A stretch of DNA of 32,326 bases, taken from positions 33,191,940-33,224,265 of the forward strand of contig NC_057718.1 of assembly GCF_004010195.1 (NCBI RefSeq), in the 5' to 3' direction. Position numbers and translations under genes: made by a program. Shown in pieces: positions 1-9,985 of the stretch. Source of the stretch: Chiloscyllium plagiosum. Its lineage: Eukaryota. The notes beneath the pieces were generated by a model. That model was not told where the DNA came from. It saw only the letters and a program-made list of their open reading frames with translations, and made no database searches. The stretch's first letter is position 1, and each line of letters opens with the position of its first letter.

Positions 1-289
1 GCTCAGCACTGTCCCCATGACTTGTCCGGACTTGTCCTACCTGCCTATCTCCTTTTCCACCGATCCACTCCACCCCCTCCTCCCTGACCTATCACCTTCA
101 TCCCCTCCCCGCTCACCCATTGTCCTCTCTGCTCCTTTCTCCCCACCCCACCCTCCTCTTGCTTATCTCTCCATGCTTCAGGCTCACTGCCTTTATTCCT
201 GATGAAGGACTTTTGCCCGAAACGTCGATTTCGAAGCTCCTTGGATGCTACCTGAACTGCTGTGCTCTTCCAGCACCACTAATCCAGAA
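1..289 (+). mobile_element. 3' terminal repeat region of a Penelope-like element (family A), truncated by the window start
   Basis: A pyrimidine-rich tract is followed by TTCCTGATGAAGGACTTTTGCCCGAAACGTCGATT...GGATGCTACCTGAACTGCTGTGCTCTTCCAGCACCAC. The same architecture follows the GIY-YIG ORF remnant at 28300-28545. Confidence 0.75.
199..226 (+). ncRNA. Minimal hammerhead-ribozyme-like core in a PLE terminal repeat
   Basis: CTGATGA-A-GGAC-TTTT-GCCC-GAAA-CGTC matches CUGANGA/stem II/GAAA/GUC. Stem II has one mismatch and stem I is weak. Confidence 0.5.
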
Positions 290-776
290 CCTTCACTATC
301 CTATCTAGCTGCGACTCTACTTTCAAGGAACTATGATCCTGCACGCCAAGGTCTCTTTGTTCAGCAACACCCCCCAGGACGTTACCCTTGAATGTATAAG
401 TCCTGCTCTGATTTGCTTTTCCAAAATGCAGCACATCGCATTTATCTAAGTTAAAGTCCATCTGCCACTCCTCAGTCCATTGGTCCATCTGATCAAGATC
501 CCATTGTAATCTGAGGTAATCTTCGTTGCTGTCCGCTACTACTCCAATTTTCATGTCATCTATAAACTTACTAACTATACCTCTTATGTTCACATCCAAA
601 TCATTTATGTAAATGACAAAGTAGTGGAGCCAGCACCAATCCTTGTGGCATTCCACCGGTCACAGGCCTCCGATCTGAAAAGCAACCCTCCACCACCACC
701 CTCTGTGTTCTACCTTTTTTGAGTCAGTTCTGTATCCAAATGGCTAGTTCTCCCAGTATTCCATGAGATCTAACCT
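290..776 (-). mobile_element. CR1 LINE ORF2 reverse-transcriptase fragment
   Basis: ORF 279..656 reads FVIYINDLD...SKFIDDMKIG...LQWDLDQMDQWTEEWQMDFNLDKCDVLHFG, covering the CR1 RT (F/Y)ADD region. Confidence 0.92.
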
Positions 777-1832
777 TTGAATTCATTGAAACTGTTCATT
801 TCTGTGTTGGAACAGGTATCAAATAAAACCTGAACTTGACCTTGATCTACTTTGAGAGCAACCTGGCTACTTTCAGAAACTGTGTTCTGTCATTGCATAG
901 AATTGGTAATTCCAGTAGTTAGTGTTGATGCTCCCACAATGATGTTGAACATTGATCCAGTGATTAGAGAGAAGTGATATTTTATGTTCAAAGCCATATG
1001 GTGAGAGATTTGGGGGAAATCTTGTAAGTGATCGTCTGCAAACATTTGTTATTATCTGCCTCTGTTATGGAGGCGGTGGTTCAGGTGTAATGCTGAAATA
1101 GGTTGCCACATTTTAGCTTGTATGCATTGATGTCATGTCTTACTATTGTATACAGATTGAATATTGAGGTCAGTGGGGATGAAAATGGTGACCAAGCTGC
1201 AGTGTCTTGGATGATTTTTAGGTGATGCAATGTCATCAGATTGTATGGCATATATTTAGTTGCTAGATGCTGTTTTGAAGGTTGGGGAGGTTTGTTTGAA
1301 TTCTTAGATCCAACCTGGCCTTGGTCTAGTGCTGGAGTACTTCATTATTGAAGTTGTCAACAAAAGAGTTAGGACAATGCTTCCCAAGCCTTTGCCTACT
1401 GTGACCCTCGTTTGAGGCTTAAGTTGTCATGGCCCCTCACTGAGCAGTGGTGATAGGAGGAAATCTAAAGACTTAGTGGCTTGGGATGGTGCCAACCATT
1501 GATGTCCTGGAGCATGTTACCCCAACACTTCAGTTCATGACCTTCTTGGAGTCCTACCCTCAATGTTGATCACCCCTGCTGTAGATCTTTGAGAGAAAAG
1601 TCCTCGACAAACTTTTTATGGAGGGAAGGGCGTTAATGAAATAGCTAAAAATGACTGCTGGCCAATCATACTGAAATGAAAGACTTTTCTAGTGATGTCA
1701 TGGGCTGCAATGATTGCCCTGAAGTTATTGGTTAATTTCTGAATTCAAGCTAGAAGGTTCACCAGTTTACTTTTGATGCTCACCCTGGAAATCTTTCAAT
1801 TGTTCATAAACCTAGTCTTACTAAGTTTATTT

Positions 1833-2154
1833 AATAGACAAAGTCTTTTCCCTGGGGTCGGGGAGTACAGAACTAGAGGGCATAGGTTTAGGGTAAAAGG
1901 GGAAAGATATAAAAGAGACCTAAGGGGAAACGTTTTCACGCAGAGAGTGATATGTGTATGGAATGAGCTGCCAGAGGAAGTGGTGGAAGCTGATACAATT
2001 GGACCATTTAAAATGGATGGGTATATGAATAGGAATGGTTTGGAGGGATATGGGCCGGGTGTTGGTAGGTGGGACTAGATTGGGTTGGGATATCTGGTCG
2101 GCATGGATGGGTTGGACCGAAGGGCCTGTTTCCATGCTGTACATCTATGACTGT
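1833..2154 (+). mobile_element. CR1 LINE 3' end (5'-truncated)
   Basis: Translation RTRGHRFRVKGERYKRDLRGNVFTQRVICVWNELPEEVVEA is the CR1 ORF2 C-terminus. It is followed by the tail GGACCGAAGGGCCTGTTTCCATGCTGTA. Confidence 0.92.
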
Positions 2155-2901
2155 ACTTATCATTATCAACATGAAGGTCAGAATGGCCTATTCCTGTAGC
2201 TGTTATGAGATAAATCAGTCATTTGGGAAGCTTTGCGTTCTCAGTTATAACAATTTAAGTTTATAATTCCCTTTCCTTAAATGTAATTTACTGTGTTTTA
2301 ATCTTTTGCAGCAATGCTGAGCATCTAAATATCTAGGCAGAGGTAACTTCAGTTTCTAAGTCCCTTTTTAATATCTGTACAGCATGGTCATTTCAGTGTT
2401 GTGATGAATCCACATATGGGTAATATTGATATGGGATGCCTAAACTTAAGGGTGAGTTGTTTGACTCTTAAAACTCATCAGAAAACTATATAGATTAAGT
2501 AGTTTCAGATTGCCAGATCATGATTAAAATCATAATTCAGCGATACTACTCAAAACTTGAGTGAACCTTCTAAACAATAATACATAATTTTTATCAGAGT
2601 TTAAATGACCAGATGGTTAGATTTTGTTTAGCTGTATGTCAGGAGGTAATTTAGTGATTGTGTTCAGTTATTCATTGATAAAACTTCTGCTTGGGATTAC
2701 TTTTATTACTATAATTATTAGATTAAACGTTTTGCGTTTTCATTAGTGGGAAAGACTTCCTCAGGAGCCTGAGCAAAATATATGACCAAATAAATATTTG
2801 GGAGGCTATTCTGTTCCCAGTGACAACTCAACCAGCCAAGAAACTTCAGCTCGGCAATATTTTAAACAGAATAGCTGTATTTTAAACATTTTGTTGTATA
2901 T

Positions 2902-3227
2902 TTAGATTAGATTAGATTACTTTACAGTGTGGAAACAGGCCCTTCGGCCCAACAAGTCCACACCGACCCGCCGAAGAGTAACCCACCCAGACCCATTCCC
3001 CTACATTTACCTCTGCACCTAACACTACGGGGCAATTTAGCTTGGCCAATTCACCTGACCTGCACATTTTTGGACTGTGGGAGGAAACCGGAGCACCCGG
3101 AGGAAACCCACGCAGACACGGGGAGAATGTGCAAACTCCAGACAGTCAGTCGCCTGAGGCGGGAATGGAACCCGGGTCTCTGGCGCTGTGAGGCAGCAGT
3201 GCTAACCACTGTGCCACCGTGCCGCCC
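2902..3227 (-). mobile_element. tRNA-derived V-SINE (shark HE1-like)
   Basis: The minus strand starts GGGCGGCACGGTGGCACAGTGGTTAGC (A box) and has GGTTCCATTCC (B box). It continues through a V-SINE-like core, a CR1-type tail and (TCTAA)n repeats. Confidence 0.9.
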
Positions 3228-4099
3228 ACATGCCACCGTGCCGCCCACATATTTGTTCCTCCATAACTCTTGAAAACTAAAACTTGGGCAATATTTAGAT
3301 CATTCCAAATTCAAAGAATACTAAACGTAATGAGAATAGAGACAATCATTTATTGTCAAAACTGGATTTGTAGAATAATTCTGTTTCTTGTTTTAGAACT
3401 CTTAATATCCAAAGTATCTGGATTATATTTCTAAAAATGGATCTATAAATCAATAATAGAATTGGCCATACTGGAATAACAGTATATAAATCTTTCTTAT
3501 CTGTTTGTTGCTTTGCTGGTGGAACTCTCACTTAATGGCTCAACACAGCACATTATGGAAGTGAACTTTGTATATCTTGCTATAAGGAGTGCTGGATGTG
3601 CTAACCTGGAACTCCAGCTGTGTAAACTTGGAAGTAAAACATCCCGAGCATTTTTCACAAATTACTAACAGCTCTCAACTTCTTACAGAGGAAAGGTTTT
3701 TAAACTTTGTCGCTCTGGCATCCTTGCATTTCTGAAAGATCGTAGCGATGCAGACAAACAATTTATTTCACATGATATGCTTTCATATGCTATATCTCTG
3801 CTGATGGTTAAAAGGCCAATCCTTGAGTGATGGGTTCTACCTCAAGTGTTACACACTAATCTAGGGATCTGTTGCCAAAATGCTGTAGCCACTGATCATT
3901 GCAGTGGTGCATGTCAGCCTCTAACAGATATCCTCATATCGCCTCTTAGCCAATGACTCCCAGATGTAATAACTGATGTCTTAGGTCTTTGTGTTTCACT
4001 TGTAAGCATCCATAGTCATACAGATTCTTCCTCCCAGGATGTTTAGAAAATGTAGAAAAATTTGTCAGGGAAGGAGGTCTCGGTCAGTGTCTGCACTTT

Positions 4100-5800
4100 G
4101 TGAAATGAACCATTCTGTCTAATCCCCATTTTTCCAGCACTTGGAAGTTTTCTCAAATTTGGAGGAATTCCTTTACACATCCAGACTTTTGATTTAAAGG
4201 TTTTTATCTCTTCCAAGCTTTTTTCTTTCTAGCTGTGATCAAGACACCACCTGCACTCTGCATGGAATAAAACCTTTCCTCATATACCCTCTAATATTTG
4301 GACACATCATTTGCAACTGATACCTCTAGTCCTGACCTTTCTGCTAAGGGAAATAAGTCCTTCCCATTCACTCCATTCAAGCTTCTCACAACCTTGTATA
4401 CCTTTATCACAGCTTCCTAAAGAAATGTCCAATGTATCCCTCCAGTGTGATTACGTACTTTCTGTAATGGGGTGACCAGGGTTGCACACTATTTTCCAGT
4501 TATGGTCCAGCTTATGTTTTATGTCACTTCTGCTTAACCTCCCTGCTGTTCTAATCCATGTGTCAACCAAAAAGGCAATGATTCTATACACCTTAACCAC
4601 TTAGCAGCCTGATGCACCTTTTTCAGGGATCTTTGCATATGCATTTCTGACATTCTTCATAGGCTCTTACTCCCGCTCTGTTCTGGAAGTGTCTATTTGG
4701 CCCATCTGCGTGTGTGCTGGTCAACAAAGGTCTGACTACACTAATCCTGTTTTCCAAATTTTGGACTGTAATCCAGGAGGTTATGGCAAAACAAGCAAAT
4801 AACTAAATACAGCTTAAGTGTTGAGAGTTTATGACTTCGGCACCCTTTCTCAGTTAGTGAATTTCAGACACCCCCCCCCACCAACTGATTGAAAAGAAGC
4901 TTTCCTTTAGTTTCCTTTTGCCGTTCTAGCTCTTACCTTAAATCTGTACCCTGTGGTTATTGACTTCCTCAGCACCTCCGAATCCATCTGTTTGTTCTGA
5001 ATTTCTTCTCCTAGTTTGTTCTCCCCAACACTTTAACCTTGTATTTCTCTTGGTTGAATTCCATTTGTCTCTTCTCTGACTGACTGGTCTGTCAATTATA
5101 TTTCTTTGGTCTACAGCCATCTTTCTCAATCATAATCACACTGCCAGTTTCTCTGGCAGTAAGCTTCTTGGTCATGCCTCCTACATTTGCATCCAATAAT
5201 TAAAGACTACACTGAGACTGTCACTGAGCCCTGCAGAACCTGAATGGAAACTGCTTCCTGTCTTAAAAATGTTCATAAACCACCACCCTTTGCTTCCTGC
5301 CATTGAACTAATTTTGTAACCAGCTTTTTACATTCCCCAGTATCCCCTGGGTTCATTCTTAACCAGTTGGGTCCATGTCATAAGCCTTGCTAAAATCCAT
5401 GTTAACTGCACCAACTGCACCCCACCTCAAAAAAAAAGTTCAATGCGAATCAGGCATGATTTTTCCCTTGATTAAATCCATGCTGACTGTTCTTGTTTAT
5501 CTTGTACCTTTTTCTAAGTACTTTATCATGTTTCCTGCAATTGATTCTCTTTTTTTTATTCAAATTCCACCACCAGGAAAATAGGAAAACACCCGGGTGG
5601 CCAGTGACAAGCACTGCCCTTCACATCAAAGGGCAGTGCTATGTGATCAAAACAGTGAAGGGGAGGGTCTAATAATTTTCTTGCTACTGAGGTTAGACTG
5701 ACCTGTTTTTTTTCCAATCTTTCACAAGGACCCTTTTTATTAAAAACAAGGACACAACATTAGAAGTCTTACAATTTGCCCCACCACACGTATACCCAAT
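4100..5800 (-). mobile_element. Mosaic of old, degenerate CR1 fragments
   Basis: Decayed antisense CR1 phrases are present, such as TAATGGGGTGACCAG, GCCTTGCTAAAATCCATGT, AAATCCATGCTGACT and ACTGAGGTTAGACTGAC. There is no intact ORF. Confidence 0.6.
5550..5668 (-). mobile_element. Short polyadenylated retroelement 3' fragment inserted in CR1
   Basis: The minus strand ends GGAATTTGAATAAAAAAAA. It contains a perfect 12-bp hairpin (5610-5640) and interrupts CR1-like sequence (TTGATTCT | AATAATTTTC). Confidence 0.5.
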
Positions 5801-6236
5801 GAAGATCAGGAGATGGTCAGAGCATCCACTATTTCCTCGTGTATATTTTAACAGCTATAATAGATTTTCTGACCGTGGTGAATTATCCATACTCAAGGAT
5901 GCCAATACTATGAATAGCTCGTCTCTATCGATGTTTATAGCATGCACTATTTCTTTCAACTCCTCCAGTAACAAGGGAAAGAAGATACTCGTGACAGTAG
6001 ACTATAGTGCATCTCTTCTTTTCCCCCACCCAACCTTCGTTATAACAGCAGATGCGCTGTGGAAGAGAGAAGGTCTGTTTATATGGGGGAAAAAAAAGTA
6101 TATTAATCATGATTGACTTTAATCTTTGTGTTGATTAGGGACCGTCAAATGGTTGAAAGTCAAACAAGGAAGAATTCATAGTGTATTTGGGACTGATTCA
6201 TAGATGCTAGGAAGGAGATAAGGCAATCATAATTAA

Positions 6237-6533
6237 TGAGTCAAGTCACCAGATACAAGGTTATAGTCCAACAGGTTTATTTGAAATCACAAGCTTTCAG
6301 AGTGTTCCTTTGTCAGGTGAAGTGGAGGGAAGTGCACAAGCACTTAAGTTATAGATGGAGAGATTATTGCTAGATAATTTCAGGTAATTGAGTGTCAAAA
6401 GATTCTCACCATTTGTCACCTGACAAAGGGGCTCCCAAAGCTTGTGACTTCATATAAACCTGTTGGACTAAACCTGGTATCGTGTGCCTTCTGACTTTGT
6501 TCACCCCAGTCCAACACCGGCACCTACACATTG
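6237..6533. mobile_element. Fold-back pair of PLE-type terminal repeats (family B)
   Basis: 6240-6320 is an imperfect reverse complement of about 6416-6496 (shared ATAAACCTGTTGGACTA and TCACCTGACAAAGG). TAATTAA occurs on both flanks (6230-6236 and 6534-6540). Confidence 0.7.
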
Positions 6534-6679
6534 TAATTAAATTGTTATCATCAAATTGTATGTTTAACTTTCAAAGTGGCAAAAAATTGTGGTAAGCTGA
6601 TAGATTTGAAGTCTTTTTCAAAAAGCCAACAATAAATAAACTGAAAACAAAGTTTGAAAATAAATTTGTAAGATCAAGA

Positions 6680-8625
6680 AGGACAGAAAATGGCAGAGGA
6701 GTTGAATAGATGTCATCTTTGCAGTAGAAGACACAAATTGCATTACAAAATTACTAAATTTATAGGGCAAAAAGGTGAGAGGAAATAAATACAACGACTA
6801 TCACTAGTGGGGAAAAAATGCTATGGAAACTAATGGGGTTACAGATGCAGAGGTCCCCTGGATTTGATAGGATGCACACCAAAATGTTAAAGGAAGCAAC
6901 TACAGAGAGGGTGGATGCACTGTTGACAATCTTTCAAGAATAGTCAGATTCTGGAAAAGTTCTAGAACATTAGCAGTTTTCCAGTGTAACACCCTTATTC
7001 GAAAAGAAGATATGTTTTTAAAAAAAAAAATCTATATAGGCCAGTTTGCTTAACATCTATTATCAGGCAAGTATCAGAGTGTATAATACCGGATGTAATA
7101 GCAGGACATGTAGCAATACATAAGCCATTTGGATACTGCTTGATTGTTTTATGAAGGGAAAATGATTCCAGACAAGTCAGACGACTTCAAGGCAGTAACA
7201 AACAGGAAAGATAGAGAACTGGGAAACGTCAGAATTGTTATGGTGTTGAAGGAGGCCATTTGGCCTGTTGACACTAGGTACAATGCTCCTGCCTTTTTTC
7301 CATATCCTTGTGTACCATTTCTATCCAAATAATCATGCAAAGTCCTCTTGAATGTCACAATTGAACCACATTTCCTGGCAAAGCATTCCATACAATGTAT
7401 TTAGATTTCCAGAAGATGATAGATAAGGTACAGATCATTATAACGTGCGTTTCATCAACACCAGTTCACTAAGGTGATTGACAAATTGGGGATGCTGTTT
7501 CTATAGCGTGAACTTTTAAATGTGTGCTGACTGTAACGTGTTTACAGTCCCAACATTTGGTGCTGTTTCTAAAATTTGATTTTTTTTCTATAACATGGGA
7601 TTGCACGCAACTATCACATTACAGAAGAACTGACTATATTATACACATCAGTGTGATAAGGGCCTGTGATGTTAGTATGTGAGCATTGATGAGAGAATTG
7701 CCAACGAATATGGAACAGTTGGCATAAAGGGGGCATTTTCAGGATGAAAACCTGTCACTAGTAGAGTGTCAGAGGGATCAGTGCTTGGGCAGTAATTATC
7801 TATTTATATCCAGATAATCTCCAGGTTGCAAAGGAGTCTGTTCTGGAGTCTATGCACAAGTGGGTTTGTATGCTAGTTAGAACATGATGTAGGACAACAT
7901 AAAATAATTTGAGTACAGGGAGGATTTGTATGTTGGATCTTTAAAACTACACCCTCCTATAGGATCACATTCATAAATACCAGCATTTGTAAATCAGGGG
8001 CCTCTCTATGACTTGGATGAATGAAATGAAAGTACTGTTGTCCTATTTGTGGTTTGCACAAACGTAGCTGGGAAGGCAAAAGGTGAGAGTGACTGCCTGT
8101 TGAGGAATCTAGACAGTTTAATTGTGAGGGCAAAAGCTTGGCAGATGGAATAGGTTGTGGGAAAATGTGAGATTATGTACTGGAAGAATAGAGGAGCTGA
8201 GCATGGAGGAAGACTGTAGAAATCTACAGCACAAAAGGTTTGGGAGTCCTTGTGCTTAAATTGCAAAAAGCTAGCATTCAAGTTCAGCCACTAATAGAGA
8301 AGGCCAATTTAATTATGATCCCTTTATTTCAAGGGGAATGGCAGTTTAGAAATAGAGAAGTCAGACAACAGCTGGAAAACTGAACTGTTTTGGGCCCTTT
8401 TTAACTATGGAAAGTTGTACTGGCATTGGTGTCAATCCTGAATGTTCATAAGGTTGATCCTCAGTATTGAGGGATTGATAAGAGGAGAGGTTGAGTAGGC
8501 TGGGCCTGTACTCGTTCGAGTTTTAGAAGAATGAAAGATTACCTTATTGAAACAACAGAGTAAGGAACCTGACCAGGAAGAAGTGGTGAGGCTGTTCCAC
8601 TTGTGGCAGGATCTAGGAACAGAGA
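6680..8625 (+). mobile_element. Old degenerate CR1 ORF2 with nested insertions
   Basis: Decayed motifs include GGTCCCCTGGATTTGATAGGATGCACACC, GTAACACCCTTATTC, TATTTAGATTTCCAGAAG, CAGAGGGATCAGTGCTTGGG and TGGCAGATGGAAT. Confidence 0.7.
7431..7636. mobile_element. Probable Tc1/mariner-pogo-type MITE remnant
   Basis: It is flanked by TA and interrupts CR1. The ends CAGATCATTATAACGTG and CACATTACAGAAGAACTGACTA are weak inverted repeats. Confidence 0.4.
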
Positions 8626-8640
8626 GCAAAAGCTCTTTTT

Positions 8641-8973
8641 TTTTTTTGTCCTCATTCATAGGATGAGCCCATCACGAGCTAGGTCAGCATTTGTTGCTCA
8701 TCACTAATTGGCCAGAGGGCAGTTAGGAGTCAACCACATTGTAGGTCGAGAGTCATATGTAGGCCAGACCAGGTAAGATGGCAGTTTCCTTTCCTAAAGG
8801 ACATTAGTTTTTGTAGCAATTGACAATGATTCATGGTCATCATTAGTCTCTTAATTCCAGAACTTTTTTTATCACCATTTGTCATGGCGAAATTCAAACT
8901 GGATCCTTTGAACAATACCTGGGTCTCTGGAGTAATAGCCCAGCAATTAATACCACCAAGCCATTGTCTCCCC
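8641..8973 (-). mobile_element. Deu-domain SINE (SacSINE1-like)
   Basis: It contains GAGTCAACCACATTG...TAGGCCAGACCAGGTAAGATGGCAG, which resembles the DeuSINE core in antisense. It has a T-tract tail and a decayed tRNA-like head near 8890-8973. Confidence 0.7.
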
Positions 8974-9049
8974 TGATGTAAGGGGGTCAACCCAGTTAGA
9001 GTGCAGTCCTTTGTAGTGATGAAGCATTAACTTCATGTTGAAGAAGCCA

Positions 9050-9750
9050 TCCTTCGTGTTGTGTGGCTCTACCACTGAGCTAAATGTGATGGATTACAAA
9101 CAGATCTCTAAATTCAAAACTGGGCATCTGTGAGGTACTATGTGCCATCAATAGAATTGTATTCAACTTCATGGTCCACCCTAGCATTATCATCAAACCT
9201 GGGAGTTAACCCTGACTCAATGAAGAGTACAAGATAGCATACCAGAAGCAGCGGCAGGCATACCTAAAAATGTATCAGCTTGGTGAAGTGACAAAACAGG
9301 ATAATTTGTATGTCAAACATCGTAAACAAGAAGCGATTGGGAGAGCTAAATGACAACCAACAGGACAGATCTAACCACTGTTGTGCTATCACATCTATTT
9401 ATGAACTGTGATGGACAGGAGGCTCCACAACCATCCCTGCTTTCAATAATGGGGAAGCCCAGCATATCTGTGCAAAAGATAAGATTGAAGCATTCACAAC
9501 AACCTTCATCCAGAAGCGCCATGTGGATGATCCTTATTGTTCCTCACTAGGTCCCTAGTGTCACAGATGCCAGTCTTCAGCTCATTCAGTTCATTCAATG
9601 TGATACCAAGAAATGGTTAAAGATACTGAATACTGCAGACTATGGATCCTGACAACATTCCTGCAATCGTACTTGAACACTTGTGCTTCAAACTTGCCTG
9701 TGACCCTCAACAATCTGTTCAGTACAGTTAGAACACTGGCATTGACAAGA
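9050..9750 (+). mobile_element. CR1-clade LINE (second family), 5' part of a split copy
   Basis: Decayed ORF2 includes GATCCTGACAACATTCC and GTACAGTTAGAACACTGGCAT. The reading continues at about 15434 (SKFNPNNYCPI...KVMEGVMN). Confidence 0.7.
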
Positions 9751-9774
9751 TATACCTGGTCAAACAGAAGAAAA

Positions 9775-9985
9775 TTATATAGGTGATAGTGTTGGATGTC
9801 TTGATGCATGAAGATGGGTAAATCCCTGGGACCTGATCAGGTGTATACCCTAGAACTGAAAATGTGTTGCTGAAAAAGCGCAGCAGGTCAGGCAGCATCC
9901 AGGGAACAGGAGAATCGACGTTTCGGGCATAAGCCCTTCTTTAGGAACTCCAGGAAACAGGAGAATCCCTAGAACCATGTGGGAA
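9775..9985 (+). mobile_element. CR1 fragment, 5' part of the copy resumed at 13942
   Basis: AAATCCCTGGGACCTGATCAGGTGTATACCCTAGAAC..CATGTGGGAA resembles KSPGPD.YPR.LWE and joins GCTAGGGAAGTGATTGCAGGG (AREVIAG). Confidence 0.75.
9857..9966 (-). mobile_element. Solo PLE terminal-repeat insertion (family A) with a 9-bp TSD
   Basis: CCCTAGAAC occurs at 9848-9856 and 9967-9975. An antisense hammerhead-like core lies at 9917-9944 (CTAAAGA variant). Confidence 0.8.

Noticed and set aside
2401..2500. GTGATGA as box C of a C/D snoRNA
   Set aside because: There is no suitably placed CTGA box D and no terminal stem.
3621..3650. TGTAAAC...AAACATCC resembling miR-30
   Set aside because: The mature-like sequence is interrupted and no precursor hairpin is evident.
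3706..3856. Hairpins suggestive of an H/ACA snoRNA (TTTGTC/GACAAA, GCATC/GATGC, CTTGAG/CTCAAG)
   Set aside because: The pockets are asymmetric and I could not find a consistent hairpin-H-hairpin-ACA geometry.
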